The translations under genes and the position numbers were made by a program. This document shows positions 46,433-55,997 of a stretch of DNA of 64,000 bases, piece by piece. The notes beneath the pieces were generated by a model that was not told where the DNA came from, ran no database searches, and saw nothing but the letters and a program-made list of their open reading frames with translations. This DNA comes from Candidatus Aenigmatarchaeota archaeon (GTDB lineage: Archaea; Aenigmatarchaeota; Aenigmatarchaeia; CG10238-14; SCSR01), in NCBI GenBank assembly GCA_038998585.1, contig JAVZGQ010000001.1, positions 75,737-139,736 on the forward strand, read 5' to 3'. Numbering within the stretch: the first letter of the stretch is position 1; the number at the start of each line of letters is the position of its first letter.

Positions 46433-48727
46433 TCATTTAATTTTTCTACTTCGCATAAATTCTAATATAAGCTCTTTTTCAGCCTTAATTATTGCTGCCC
46501 TTACTTTTTCAATTGCATCAATATTGCATGAAATGCTTTTAATTCCAAATTTTACAAGATATCTCACCATTTCAGGGTTGCTTCCAATTTCGCCACAAAT
46601 GGAACTCTCTATCCCATGTTTGTTACAAACCTTTATCACATATTTCATCAGTTTTAAAACACTTGGATGAAACTCCGAATAGAGATTTGAAATTTTAGCG
46701 TTATTTCTATCTACACCAAGAGTTAGCATAGTCAAATCATTCGAACCAATTGATACAAAATCTACTCCCTCCCGACAAAAATCTTCAATTCTTAAGGCAC
46801 ACGAAGGGACTTCACACATAATACCAAGCTTACAATCTGTCGGTATACCAACTTCCCTCGCTATTTCTCTCGCTTTCCTCAGCTCTTCGATAGAAATCAC
46901 AAAAGGAAGCATAATGTGAATATTGTTTAAACCTTCTTCATGCAACCTCTTTACAGCTTCGAACTCTGCTTTCAAAAGTTCAGGCTCATTCAAACTTCTT
47001 CTTATACCATGCCACCCAAGCATAGGATTATCTTCTTTTGGCTCTTCTTCTCCGCCTTTCAAGTTTCTGAATTCATCAGTCCTAGCATCTAAAGTGCGAA
47101 CCCAAATAGGCTTAGGGTGAAACGCTTTTGCTATTGGTCGTATACCATCGAGCAAAATTTTAATGTATTCTTCTTTTCTTCCTTCCCTCACAAGCTTCGC
47201 AGGATGTATGCCAGTTTTTGTTATCATATGTTCTATCCTTAGCAAACCAACTCCATCAACCTTACTCACTATTTGTTCGACATTCTCAGGAAATGCTAAA
47301 TTGACTTTAATTTGTGTAACTGTAAGTTTTTCTAGGTCAGGCAACTCTTCTTCAACAACCTTAGCCTCAGGTTTTTTAACCTCAATCCTTCCAGCATAAA
47401 CTACTCCTCGATAAGCATCAACAGTAACTTCTTGACCGTCTTTCAGAACTTTTGTCGCATTTTGTGTACCAACTATGCAAGGTATACCCATTTCTCTACT
47501 TATTATTGCAGCATGGGAGGTTTGTCCACCAGCATCGGTTATGATTGCGACACACTTACTCATAGTCGGTACCAAATCTGGAGAGGTCATGGTTGTTACG
47601 AGAATGTCACCCTTCTCGACTTTTGTTATGTCTTGTAAACCATAAACTATTTTAATTTTACCCTGGGCAATTCCAGGAGAAGCAGCCAGTCCTTTGATCA
47701 AAACCTCACCTTCAATTTTTACTTCCTCTTTCTTACCAATGGCGGTTACTGCTCTTGCTTGAACTATAAAGATTCTCCCCTTTTCAATAGCAAATTCTAT
47801 ATCTTGTGCTCTACCGTAATGTTTCTCTATAGCTTTTCCATATTCAGCTAGTTCCAGAATCTGTTCATCACTCAAAACTTGAGCGTTAACTTTCTTTTCA
47901 GCAACTGGTAGAATCACAGTTCTATCTGTAGCAAGATCTCTCACCCTCATCTTTTCTTTCTTCCCGATCTTTTTTTCAAGAATTGCTCCGTCTTTTGAAA
48001 CCCTATAGAAATCAGGCTCAACTTCGCCAGCAACCAAAGTCTCGCCCAAACCCCATGTTGCTTCTATCACAATCTCTTCATCACCTGTTGTTGGGTTAAC
48101 GGTAAACATCACACCTGAAGAATCAGAGCTCACCATACGCTGAACAACAACTGCTATGCTTGCATGCTTTATATTATGCTTAGCACGGTAGAAAATTGCT
48201 CTTGGCTCATATAGGCTCGCCCAACATTTTTTTATAGCTTCAAGATAATCTCTTATTCCCTTGATGTTCAAGAAACTTGCTTGTTGACCTGCAAAACTCG
48301 CCGTTGGCAAATCTTCGGCCGTAGCAGAGCTTCTCACTGCAACCAAGGCGTAATCCCTACCGGCGGCTATAAGTTCCAAAGCTTTTGGTGTTATTATATC
48401 TTCAGTAAAGGAGAGCTCACGATAAGCCTCTATAAGCTCAGTTCTCATTCCAATCGGAAAGTCTTGTGACAAGATCAAACCCTTGATTTTCTTTGAAGTT
48501 TCTAATAACTGTTCCGTATTATCAACATCACAAGCTTCTATAAGATTTTGAATTTGATTTTTTATTCCATTCAATTCAATAAAATTATCAAAGGCCTTTG
48601 TTGTTACTACAAAGCCTGGTGGTATTGGCATTTTTATCTTTATAAGTTCTCCTAGATTTGCTCCCTTCCCACCAGCCAGATTTAGTGAATTCCTGTCAAG
48701 CTGCTCAAACCAAGCAATAAATTCCAT
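46433..48727 (-). CDS. ppsA: Phosphoenolpyruvate synthase (pyruvate, water dikinase)
   Basis: GGKGANLGE, phospho-His region TDAGGQTSHAAIISRE, and a C-terminal PEP-utilising domain with GSNDL. Confidence 0.9.
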   Translation of the reverse strand: MEFIAWFEQLDRNSLNLAGGKGANLGELIKIKMPIPPGFVVTTKAFDNFIELNGIKNQIQNLIEACDVDNTEQLLETSKKIKGLILSQDFPIGMRTELIEAYRELSFTEDIITPKALELIAAGRDYALVAVRSSATAEDLPTASFAGQQASFLNIKGIRDYLEAIKKCWASLYEPRAIFYRAKHNIKHASIAVVVQRMVSSDSSGVMFTVNPTTGDEEIVIEATWGLGETLVAGEVEPDFYRVSKDGAILEKKIGKKEKMRVRDLATDRTVILPVAEKKVNAQVLSDEQILELAEYGKAIEKHYGRAQDIEFAIEKGRIFIVQARAVTAIGKKEEVKIEGEVLIKGLAASPGIAQGKIKIVYGLQDITKVEKGDILVTTMTSPDLVPTMSKCVAIITDAGGQTSHAAIISREMGIPCIVGTQNATKVLKDGQEVTVDAYRGVVYAGRIEVKKPEAKVVEEELPDLEKLTVTQIKVNLAFPENVEQIVSKVDGVGLLRIEHMITKTGIHPAKLVREGRKEEYIKILLDGIRPIAKAFHPKPIWVRTLDARTDEFRNLKGGEEEPKEDNPMLGWHGIRRSLNEPELLKAEFEAVKRLHEEGLNNIHIMLPFVISIEELRKAREIAREVGIPTDCKLGIMCEVPSCALRIEDFCREGVDFVSIGSNDLTMLTLGVDRNNAKISNLYSEFHPSVLKLMKYVIKVCNKHGIESSICGEIGSNPEMVRYLVKFGIKSISCNIDAIEKVRAAIIKAEKELILEFMRSRKIK

Positions 48728-48813
48728 AGAATTATTTTATTTTTTTATTCAAATAAATTTCAACCCAAAAATGTAAGGGAAATAAGAACAAATGTCATCT
48801 AGCTTAAATACCC

Positions 48814-49332
48814 TTATTCTTCTACCTCAATTCTAACTGGTGTTGGAAGCTTTAACCCGGCTTTTTTCAAGGCTTTCTTTCCTATTTCTAAATTTTCTTT
48901 TTTTATTTTCAACATGAAAAGTTTTTGTCCTTCCTTAGTTTGAACTGCTCTGTTCGAAGGTTTACCAAAGGCAAGTCTCATTCCCTGTGAATATCTGTCT
49001 GCCCCAGCACCTTGAGCTATAGGCTTTTCCCTTATCACATGATGTGGGAAAACTAAAATTTTCATAAAATAGTTAGCCGCGCTAAGGCTTTTTTCCAAAA
49101 ACTTATGAGCAACTATTCTAGCAGACTCCAGAGCGTTGTCTCTTATTTGGACGGCATTTTCCACAATAAGGTATAGAGTTAGATCAAAATCTCCATTTTT
49201 GTTTCCCATCTCAAACTGATGGGTCTTTGGGAAAGGTGCTCCAGCCACATAACTTTTTCTAGGGACTTTCATCGATACTCTGGTGTAAGGCCTTTCTATT
49301 CTTCTCACAGTTCTTCCTGGTCTAAGTGGCAT
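48814..49332 (-). CDS. rpl10e: Ribosomal protein uL16 (L10e)
   Basis: MPLRPGRTVRRIERPYTRVS... is the typical L10e N-terminus. Confidence 0.9.
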   Translation of the reverse strand: MPLRPGRTVRRIERPYTRVSMKVPRKSYVAGAPFPKTHQFEMGNKNGDFDLTLYLIVENAVQIRDNALESARIVAHKFLEKSLSAANYFMKILVFPHHVIREKPIAQGAGADRYSQGMRLAFGKPSNRAVQTKEGQKLFMLKIKKENLEIGKKALKKAGLKLPTPVRIEVEE

Positions 49333-49683
49333 AAAATCACCAATAAAATATACACAATTTTTTAAATAAAAACATAAATAAACTTTTCACACATAAAAAA
49401 CTTTATGATTTTTGAGGAGATATAATAGGAATAAATGTTTAATAGGTTTTAAAATTTTTGAAAGCCAACAAGCTAATAGCGATTGTGTTGATAGAATTGT
49501 TCTTGAAAAATTGCCAACATAGATAATGATAGAAATTATTTATTGTATGAAAAAGTGGGTCATTTATGTATAATGTATATAGAGTTCAAAAGAATGATGG
49601 AGCTTTCTCTTTATACCCAAACAAACATCTATTGCTCAAAGAATGAAGTTTAAATACTCCCAAACTTAATTTTTATTAGATTT

Positions 49684-49690
49684 GGAGGTG
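49684..49690 (+). promoter_or_regulatory. Shine-Dalgarno-like site
   Basis: GGAGGTG lies 5 nt upstream of ATG 49696. Confidence 0.45.
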
Positions 49691-49695
49691 AACTG

Positions 49696-49860
49696 ATGGC
49701 TTTAGTCGTCAAATCTGCTATTAGAAATTTACTTAAAGGAATGAGAGCAAGTGAAGATTTCTGGAAGGCATTGGACGATTTAGTGACTTTGGACATAAAG
49801 AAAGCAATAGAAAGAGCAAAAGAAAATGGTAGAAAGACAGTAAGAGGTTGTGATCTTTAA
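49696..49860 (+). CDS. Small histone-fold-like (DUF1931-like) protein, 54 aa
   Basis: Below the ORF-track cutoff. The translation is MALVVKSAIRNLLKGMRASEDFWKALDDLVTLDIKKAIERAKENGRKTVRGCDL. It is preceded by a strong SD. The pattern ...ERAK.NGRKTV...DL recalls small archaeal histone-fold proteins. Confidence 0.45.
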   Translation: MALVVKSAIRNLLKGMRASEDFWKALDDLVTLDIKKAIERAKENGRKTVRGCDL

Positions 49861-49943
49861 ATTTTACCCCTTCTGAATGAAAGAGGGGGCCTTTTCTATT
49901 TTCTTTGCTAAAAAATTTAAACTTTTTTTAACAATTTAATTTA

Positions 49944-50522
49944 ATGGTAAGCTTTGTCATCGGTATCACGGGAACAATAGGTTCTGGAAAAGAAGTTGTG
50001 AAAGAAATTTTGATCAAAAATTTCAGCTGCTATTCAGTTTCTCTTTCTTCAGTCATTCAATCCCAACTAAAGAATAAAGCTGATAGAAAAACTCTACAAG
50101 ATATGGGCAACGAGTTGAGAAAAAAATACGGGAGTTTCATTCTAGCCAAACTTGCTACGGATTACTTGCAAAGAGATAAAGAAATGATTATAGTTTATGG
50201 AATAAGAAATCCTGGTGAAGTTGATTACTTGAGAAAAACTTTTGGCAATAAATTTTTCTTGATAGCTGTAGATGCTCCTCGTGAACTAAGATGGGAAAGG
50301 ATAAAAAACATGGCAAGAGAGGGTGACCCAAAAGCTTGGGACGAGTTTGTGGTTGTTGATGAAAGAGATCAGGGTGTGGGAGAGGGATTAGAAGGACAGC
50401 AAGTGAGAAGATGTATCGATATGGCGGATATGCTTATTAGGAATGACGGTGATATAAATCAACTCAATGAAAAAATTGATAAGTTCATAAATTTCTTAAA
50501 GACAAAAAGATCTGATTTATGA
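49944..50522 (+). CDS. P-loop nucleotide kinase, UPF0200 / dephospho-CoA-kinase-like family
   Basis: IGITGTIGSGKEVV, YGIRNPGEVDYLRK and ERDQGVGEGL resemble the archaeal UPF0200 family. Confidence 0.55.
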   Translation: MVSFVIGITGTIGSGKEVVKEILIKNFSCYSVSLSSVIQSQLKNKADRKTLQDMGNELRKKYGSFILAKLATDYLQRDKEMIIVYGIRNPGEVDYLRKTFGNKFFLIAVDAPRELRWERIKNMAREGDPKAWDEFVVVDERDQGVGEGLEGQQVRRCIDMADMLIRNDGDINQLNEKIDKFINFLKTKRSDL

Positions 50523-51797
50523 GCGAACAGTAAAAACAGAAAATTTAGAGGATTCGTCAAGTAAGTCGAGCAGTTCTTCAAGACTTCGGTCCCATTTCCC
50601 ACCAGCTACTTTGAAAGAAGGGCATATAGCCATCTTTGTTTTAAAAGTTAACGGCTCTATGCATCTCCCTTCTCTATAGCATCTTGGCCCTATTTTATTT
50701 CTAATTTCCTGAAACTTGGCCAATTCTTTCGTGACCGGTATACCAACTTTACTCCTAATTTCCCATTGGGCAACACCTTCACTTCTTTCTTTAGACAAAT
50801 CGATCAAACCATAACCACTTCCATATAATCTTGCATCGGCTTGCTGACCTAATAAAAGAAGGTAAACAAAACTCGGGTCTTTTACATGGGAATTCTCTAT
50901 CATTCTCATTTGAAGCTCATTGGCTTCTTTTGCAAATTCTCTATATTTTTTCATTATCTCATCACCAAAGGATGGGGGGACAACAAACTTGCCTTTGTAT
51001 GCTATATTTTCCAAGGGCTCTATAACACATAGATTGAGTCTCTGTCTCACAAGCTGGGCAAATAGGGCTAAACTGCCCTTGAGATACATAATCATTGAAA
51101 TAGAGTAAGGGTCTACTTTTTCAGAGGAATATTTAGAAACATGTATGTCAACCTTTTCTTTAATATCTTCTCCACTTCCCCCGAAAAAATCCCATCTCGA
51201 CAGCACTTTCTCTTCAGAAATCATTCCTGTTTCTTTTTCTATTATTTCATTAATTTTTCTTCCTATTGTTTGCAATTCTTGTAATGGGGCTTCCTCTAAA
51301 GAATTTCCGATTTTAAAAAGATATCTTGGTGGAGAAGAGAGTATTATTCTAGTATAAATTGCTTCTGGTAAAACATACCTAGCATCTTGTTGGGGGATGT
51401 TTTGTTCTATTGCCTCTCTGTAGATGTCAATCGATTTATCCCATAAACAGTTCGCAATCGGATGGTGTCTTGTGTTTTTGTCTATTTTTACTACCCTAAG
51501 TGAAGTCTCTATTCCAGCCGCGTAGACTTGATTCTCAACATTCACATTTCTCCATAAATACAAAGCTGCAAACCTTGTCAAACCATCTATGACTATTGCT
51601 TGTGATGAAAAGTCGGCTAGAATCATATGATTGTATTTTTTTATTATATCTTGAACAAGTTTCTTCGAAGCTTTTTCATCATCTTTACATTCTCTGTAAA
51701 GCTCATCTATACTTTTACTGAGAGGAGATTGTGATATTTTAGCGCCAAGCGCACCTAAGATGTAAGGCTCGTCTGTTAAAAAACTAACTTCCACCAT
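50517..51797 (-). CDS. Tandem ThyX-like (Thy1-fold) protein with degenerate signature motifs (426 aa)
   Basis: N-half: KYNHMILADFSSQAIVIDGLTRFAALYLWRN...ETSLRV...DARYVLPEAIYTRI. C-half: GSLALFAQLVRQRLNL...RSEGVAQWEIRS. Compare ThyX HE..EH, RHR, S.RY, AR..LP..T and AQ.EI. Confidence 0.5.
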   Translation of the reverse strand: MVEVSFLTDEPYILGALGAKISQSPLSKSIDELYRECKDDEKASKKLVQDIIKKYNHMILADFSSQAIVIDGLTRFAALYLWRNVNVENQVYAAGIETSLRVVKIDKNTRHHPIANCLWDKSIDIYREAIEQNIPQQDARYVLPEAIYTRIILSSPPRYLFKIGNSLEEAPLQELQTIGRKINEIIEKETGMISEEKVLSRWDFFGGSGEDIKEKVDIHVSKYSSEKVDPYSISMIMYLKGSLALFAQLVRQRLNLCVIEPLENIAYKGKFVVPPSFGDEIMKKYREFAKEANELQMRMIENSHVKDPSFVYLLLLGQQADARLYGSGYGLIDLSKERSEGVAQWEIRSKVGIPVTKELAKFQEIRNKIGPRCYREGRCIEPLTFKTKMAICPSFKVAGGKWDRSLEELLDLLDESSKFSVFTVRS

Positions 51798-51846
51798 CTT
51801 AGATTAATAGAAAATTAAAGTTTAAATGATTTTATTTCTCTTATTT

Positions 51847-53031
51847 TTAATTAAACCAGTCCCAAAACCCTTTTTTCTTTTCTTCCCTTCTTTTGAATAT
51901 CTTCAAAACTTTTTTTGCCTCGGCCTCAGCTTTCTCGGCTGCTTTGGCATCATTACCCACGCCACAAGTGTTTCCAACCCCCACAACCAAAATTCTACCC
52001 TTAGATTTTTCTATGGTTTTCTCTACAGTCTCGACAGCTATTGGTATGGCTTTCAAAACAGCCTCTGGTATTGGTTGAATTGCTTCTTCTTGTGACATTT
52101 TAATCACAATTGAATCGATGGGGATTTTTTTCTTAGTAGCAAGTTCTTCTATATAGGCTCTATCAACACCTATACCACCTATGGCAACACCTACACCCTC
52201 AGCCACTTTCCCTGTCTTCTCTCCTTCAAGCTTTCCTGCAGCATCAATTGTGATTATTTTATCTATCTTATTTTTTTTCATGAGCTTTTCAACAGCTTTC
52301 CCAAGTTTGCCCAACCTCCCACCAGGCCCTTTAGCTTTCATTATCATGACTTTTTTACCTTTGATTTTCTTTTCTACAAAAACAACATCTTCTTTCATTT
52401 CCTTTGGCTTGTTATTTCCTATAAGCCTTGCAGCAACAAGACAACCAGCTGCATCACCAATAGGCCAGCCGTTTGTCAAGGCTTCGGTTCCCTGTAATAA
52501 GGCTTTGGATATTCTTTCAACCAATGGTAATTGCATTTCTAAGACCATACCAAGCTGAAGGTTTTTTGTTTTTCTTACAGTCTCAACATAATGTCTTACT
52601 ACTTTAGCCAATTGATTTAGACTTATAGCCCCACTTAATCCCATCACCAAGTTAGCCTGCTCATCCTTGCTCAATTTTCCTGCCACATCTTTTACAAAGG
52701 CTTTGAATTTATCTTCTGAAAGATTTGATATATGTTCTAACTTCTTTATTATGCCATAAGGATCGAGACTCACAGGCTCTATCATAAAAAACTCAAGAAA
52801 GCTATCAATTTTTTCTTTTATGTCTTTCCTTTCATTTTTTGGTATTTTCTTTATCAAGATGTTTTTTGCCTTTGTCATCAAGCCTTCGAGCATTGTAGCA
52901 GATTTTTCAAGTCTCCACAAAAGCTGGGAGACCATTATTTTTGGGTAGAAATTAAAGAAAATTATCAATACTATCAACCAAATAAAATTTGACCAAATAT
53001 CACCACCGAACTGGAATAGGAAGACCATCAA
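51847..53031 (-). CDS. Archaeal DUF1512-like membrane-anchored protein
   Basis: It has an N-terminal TM segment (IWLIVLIIFFNFYPKIMVSQLLWRLEKS), then a soluble domain with GPGGRLGKLGK and GIGVDRAYIEE. The family recall is tentative. Confidence 0.4.
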   Translation of the reverse strand: MMVFLFQFGGDIWSNFIWLIVLIIFFNFYPKIMVSQLLWRLEKSATMLEGLMTKAKNILIKKIPKNERKDIKEKIDSFLEFFMIEPVSLDPYGIIKKLEHISNLSEDKFKAFVKDVAGKLSKDEQANLVMGLSGAISLNQLAKVVRHYVETVRKTKNLQLGMVLEMQLPLVERISKALLQGTEALTNGWPIGDAAGCLVAARLIGNNKPKEMKEDVVFVEKKIKGKKVMIMKAKGPGGRLGKLGKAVEKLMKKNKIDKIITIDAAGKLEGEKTGKVAEGVGVAIGGIGVDRAYIEELATKKKIPIDSIVIKMSQEEAIQPIPEAVLKAIPIAVETVEKTIEKSKGRILVVGVGNTCGVGNDAKAAEKAEAEAKKVLKIFKRREEKKKGFWDWFN

Positions 53032-53098
53032 AATCAGTATAAATATTGGTATCGGGGATATTTATTTTTGTTTTACTAAATAAATTTCAAGTGAAAAA

Positions 53099-53761
53099 AT
53101 GAAATTGAAAATTTTGGCTGTAATTGTTGTTGTTCTAGCAACTACAGGCTTTTTATTGTTTACAGAACAAGGTAAAAAATATGCTATAACTCTAGGCGAT
53201 ATGACCAGGGGTTTAGCAAATCTGGCCGGAAATTTTGTTGGATCTTTTATAAAAATTTCTAATAAAGAAGAATTCATTTTCGATCTAGAGTCGAACAAAG
53301 AGGCTATTTATGGGCAGAGCTTTTCTTTTTCTAATGCCAGCTTTAAATCTTCATGCCGAATTTTAAATTTGATTATCGATGGAAGGGCTTGGGAAGCTAG
53401 TGAGAAGGTTAAAATTGAAATGGAGGGAAGGGGGGAAATTTCAATTGGGAAGGACGGTAAGCTAATCTTAAAAGCTGATACAAATTTAATAAAACTCGAT
53501 TCTTGGAAAACAAAAAATGTTAAAGTTGAAATGGAGGTGCTTCCTGAAAACTTTTCTTTAGACAATGCTGGAGCCAGACTAGTAAACATAACCTCGGCCT
53601 CTGGGACGGTGAACAAACAAATGGATGACATAAAGGTAAAAGTTGATTTCAGCCAAGCCGATATTAAATTAGAAGGATTCTATGGAAGCATAGAATTTGG
53701 AGAGAAACTGAGACTCGCAGGAATTGCAACTAATATAGAGGTCAAGGGAAATAAAATTTAA
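53099..53761 (+). CDS. Hypothetical N-terminally anchored beta-rich protein (220 aa)
   Basis: It has a signal or TM segment and then alternating beta-like repeats. Its stop overlaps the SD of the next gene. Confidence 0.45.
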   Translation: MKLKILAVIVVVLATTGFLLFTEQGKKYAITLGDMTRGLANLAGNFVGSFIKISNKEEFIFDLESNKEAIYGQSFSFSNASFKSSCRILNLIIDGRAWEASEKVKIEMEGRGEISIGKDGKLILKADTNLIKLDSWKTKNVKVEMEVLPENFSLDNAGARLVNITSASGTVNKQMDDIKVKVDFSQADIKLEGFYGSIEFGEKLRLAGIATNIEVKGNKI

Positions 53762-53767
53762 GGAGGT
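53761..53767 (+). promoter_or_regulatory. Shine-Dalgarno-like site
   Basis: AGGAGGT lies 5 nt upstream of ATG 53773 and overlaps the upstream stop codon. Confidence 0.45.
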
Positions 53768-53772
53768 AATTT

Positions 53773-54228
53773 ATGAGAACTAAGGAGCAAAGAAGGGGAG
53801 AAAGACCTATTGTGGCCCTTTTTGTTGACGGGCCTAACATGCTTAGGAAAGAATTCATGGTTGACCTGAGAGAACTTAGAAAGAGGGCTGAAAAATACGG
53901 AAGAGTAGCCATAGCGAAGGTTTTCTTAAATCAATTTGCCCCAGAAAAACTGATAGAAGCTATAATAAATGAGGGTTTCGAATCTGTTATGGTTTTGGCG
54001 GAGAGAGAAGAGGGAGCAAGTGATGTTGATGTTGCTTTAGCCGTGTCGGCAATAGAAACTTTGTTAACAAAGAATGTTGATGTAATTGCAATAGCAACTC
54101 GAGATGCAGATTTTCTACCGGTGGTTTTAAAAGCAAAAGAGTATGGGAAAAAAGCTGTGGTGCTTGGCGTAGAACCAGGGTTTTCGATCAGCATAAGGAA
54201 TGCTGCTGATTTTGTGGAGAACCTGTAA
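53773..54228 (+). CDS. NYN/LabA-like (PIN-related) nuclease-domain protein
   Basis: VALFVDGPNM...IATRDADFLPVVLKAKEYGKKAVVLG matches the NYN domain pattern. Confidence 0.6.
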   Translation: MRTKEQRRGERPIVALFVDGPNMLRKEFMVDLRELRKRAEKYGRVAIAKVFLNQFAPEKLIEAIINEGFESVMVLAEREEGASDVDVALAVSAIETLLTKNVDVIAIATRDADFLPVVLKAKEYGKKAVVLGVEPGFSISIRNAADFVENL

Positions 54229-54290
54229 TTTTAGGGCCTATGACAAAAAACATAAATCTATTTAAAACAAAATAATTATCGTGATGTTTG

Positions 54291-54605
54291 ATGAGTTTCA
54301 TCAAAAAGCTCTTGGGCAAAGAAGAGCCTGTTGAGCTACCAGCGGAGGAAGAGTCCGTTCAACCAATTTATGTGAGAATAGAAAATTTGAAAGATTTTGT
54401 TGACATAGAGAGAATAACTAAGCTTTTGAGAGAGGGTAATATAGTTTTCTTGAAAACAAAAGAACTGCAGAAAACCGATCTGGGCGAATATCAAAACTGT
54501 GTGCAAAAGCTTAAGAGAGTTTCGAATCAGTATGGATTTGACATAGCGGGAACAGAAGAAGGCTATCTCGTGCTAACACCAACTTTCGCAAAAATAATAA
54601 GATAG
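54291..54605 (+). CDS. sepF: Archaeal SepF-like cell-division protein
   Basis: It has an N-terminal amphipathic MSFIKKLLGK. The DUF552 core reads VRIENLKDFVDIERITKLLREGNIVFLK...GFDIAGTEEGYLVLTP. Confidence 0.65.
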   Translation: MSFIKKLLGKEEPVELPAEEESVQPIYVRIENLKDFVDIERITKLLREGNIVFLKTKELQKTDLGEYQNCVQKLKRVSNQYGFDIAGTEEGYLVLTPTFAKIIR

Positions 54606-54622
54606 ATCACTGTTGCAAAGAG

Positions 54623-55939
54623 TTAAATATATCTTTTGTTAAAGAAGTCTGATAGCTTTCTTTGGTATATTATTTTTTTCAACAGATTGCTGTTTTTAAT
54701 CCAGTCCATCATACTTATCTCCAACCTCGATGAAATGTATTTCAATGCTTCTTCAAGAGTTTCGAATTTTAATGGCGATTTATTTAGAGCCTGTCTTACA
54801 CTTTCACGAACAAACCATACTCCTAGGGGCATGATGAAGCCTGGGTGCGCCTCCCTAAAAATTATTATTCCTGCCTGTTTTTTATCTTCAATCAATTTTT
54901 GTACTGAACTCAATCTAGCACTCATATAGCAACCACCAATCTCAGGATAGCTGGTTCTTCCTTCGAATCCTTCTGAGCTAGAATAAATACCAACTCTTTT
55001 TCCCTCAAGGTTCCAAGTTGTTTTTGGATACCACGCCTCTATCAGCTCGTATTGCCAATGAGAAGGGATCATCAATACAATCCATCTATTATCCAAATCA
55101 AAATGTTCGTAGACTTTGAACTCATTTATCAGAGGGAAAGTTTTGACTTTCTCTAAAAGATTTTGTGAAATTATGGTATCAACGGCAGTTATACTCCATC
55201 TTGTTGGAACAAATTTTCTATTTTTTCCTATACCAAACAAACCGGTAGAAAAAGCTCTCTGTATTCTTGAAATTAACACCCCTTTAGAGTAAAGCCAAAC
55301 TACAACTTCGCTTGCTTTCCAATCTGTGTCAAAAAAAGCTTTTTCGATTTTATGGTCTGTTTTGATTGAAGTGATCTCAAGATTTTTTAATGGGGCTGAC
55401 GGACCGTAAGGCTGAACCTCATCATCTAGAACCAAAGCCCCGGAAGGTTTTTTTGAAAATTCTGCATTAACATCAGTTGAAGATCTAGATAAAGCAAGCT
55501 CCCTCGTAAGCTCAACTATCTTATTTTTCTCTAAATCTTTCACATGGACACGATGTTTTCCCCTCACAAGTTGCGAACGAAAATCAACAATCTCTTCTAT
55601 AGTTTTCCCATACCAAAGCTCTGGTGTGCCTAAAAGAGAAGTATCCCCATGAATTGGAGGAATTAAAGGACCAATACTAACCCAAGGATATCCTATTCTC
55701 CCTACAAACAAGTCTGGTGGTGAGGAGCCCACCAAACTTAAGTTTTCTATTAAAGGTTTCGCTTTAACTTGAGAATAAAATCTTACCATCACTGGACATC
55801 TTATTTTACCACACAAAAGCTTTGCCCCCCTGCAAAGAATGCACATCACATCTTTGGCAACAGTTCTTATCTCATTTGAGGCAAGCTCTGATAAAATTTT
55901 TTTATCATCTATAAGCTTGGAAAGCCAAACGTTTTGCAT
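54623..55939 (-). CDS. nreA: Nre-family DNA repair protein (DUF650/DUF651) with a C-terminal PIP box
   Basis: The N-terminal motif is CILCRGAKLLCGKIRCP. The C-terminal QRKLSDFF is a canonical Qxx[LIM]xx[FY][FY] PCNA-interaction motif. Confidence 0.6.
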   Translation of the reverse strand: MQNVWLSKLIDDKKILSELASNEIRTVAKDVMCILCRGAKLLCGKIRCPVMVRFYSQVKAKPLIENLSLVGSSPPDLFVGRIGYPWVSIGPLIPPIHGDTSLLGTPELWYGKTIEEIVDFRSQLVRGKHRVHVKDLEKNKIVELTRELALSRSSTDVNAEFSKKPSGALVLDDEVQPYGPSAPLKNLEITSIKTDHKIEKAFFDTDWKASEVVVWLYSKGVLISRIQRAFSTGLFGIGKNRKFVPTRWSITAVDTIISQNLLEKVKTFPLINEFKVYEHFDLDNRWIVLMIPSHWQYELIEAWYPKTTWNLEGKRVGIYSSSEGFEGRTSYPEIGGCYMSARLSSVQKLIEDKKQAGIIIFREAHPGFIMPLGVWFVRESVRQALNKSPLKFETLEEALKYISSRLEISMMDWIKNSNLLKKIIYQRKLSDFFNKRYI

Positions 55940-55997
55940 AATTAAAGGATAAGATAAATATATATTTAGCTTTCAATGTAAGATTTCCAGTGTTTTA

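Noticed and set aside
49560-49695. Possible C/D-box sRNA (ATGATGG ... CTGA) in the 360-bp gap before the histone-fold-like ORF
   Set aside because: The box spacing of about 100 nt is far longer than archaeal C/D sRNAs. The C box is imperfect, and the CTGA overlaps the start region of the small ORF.
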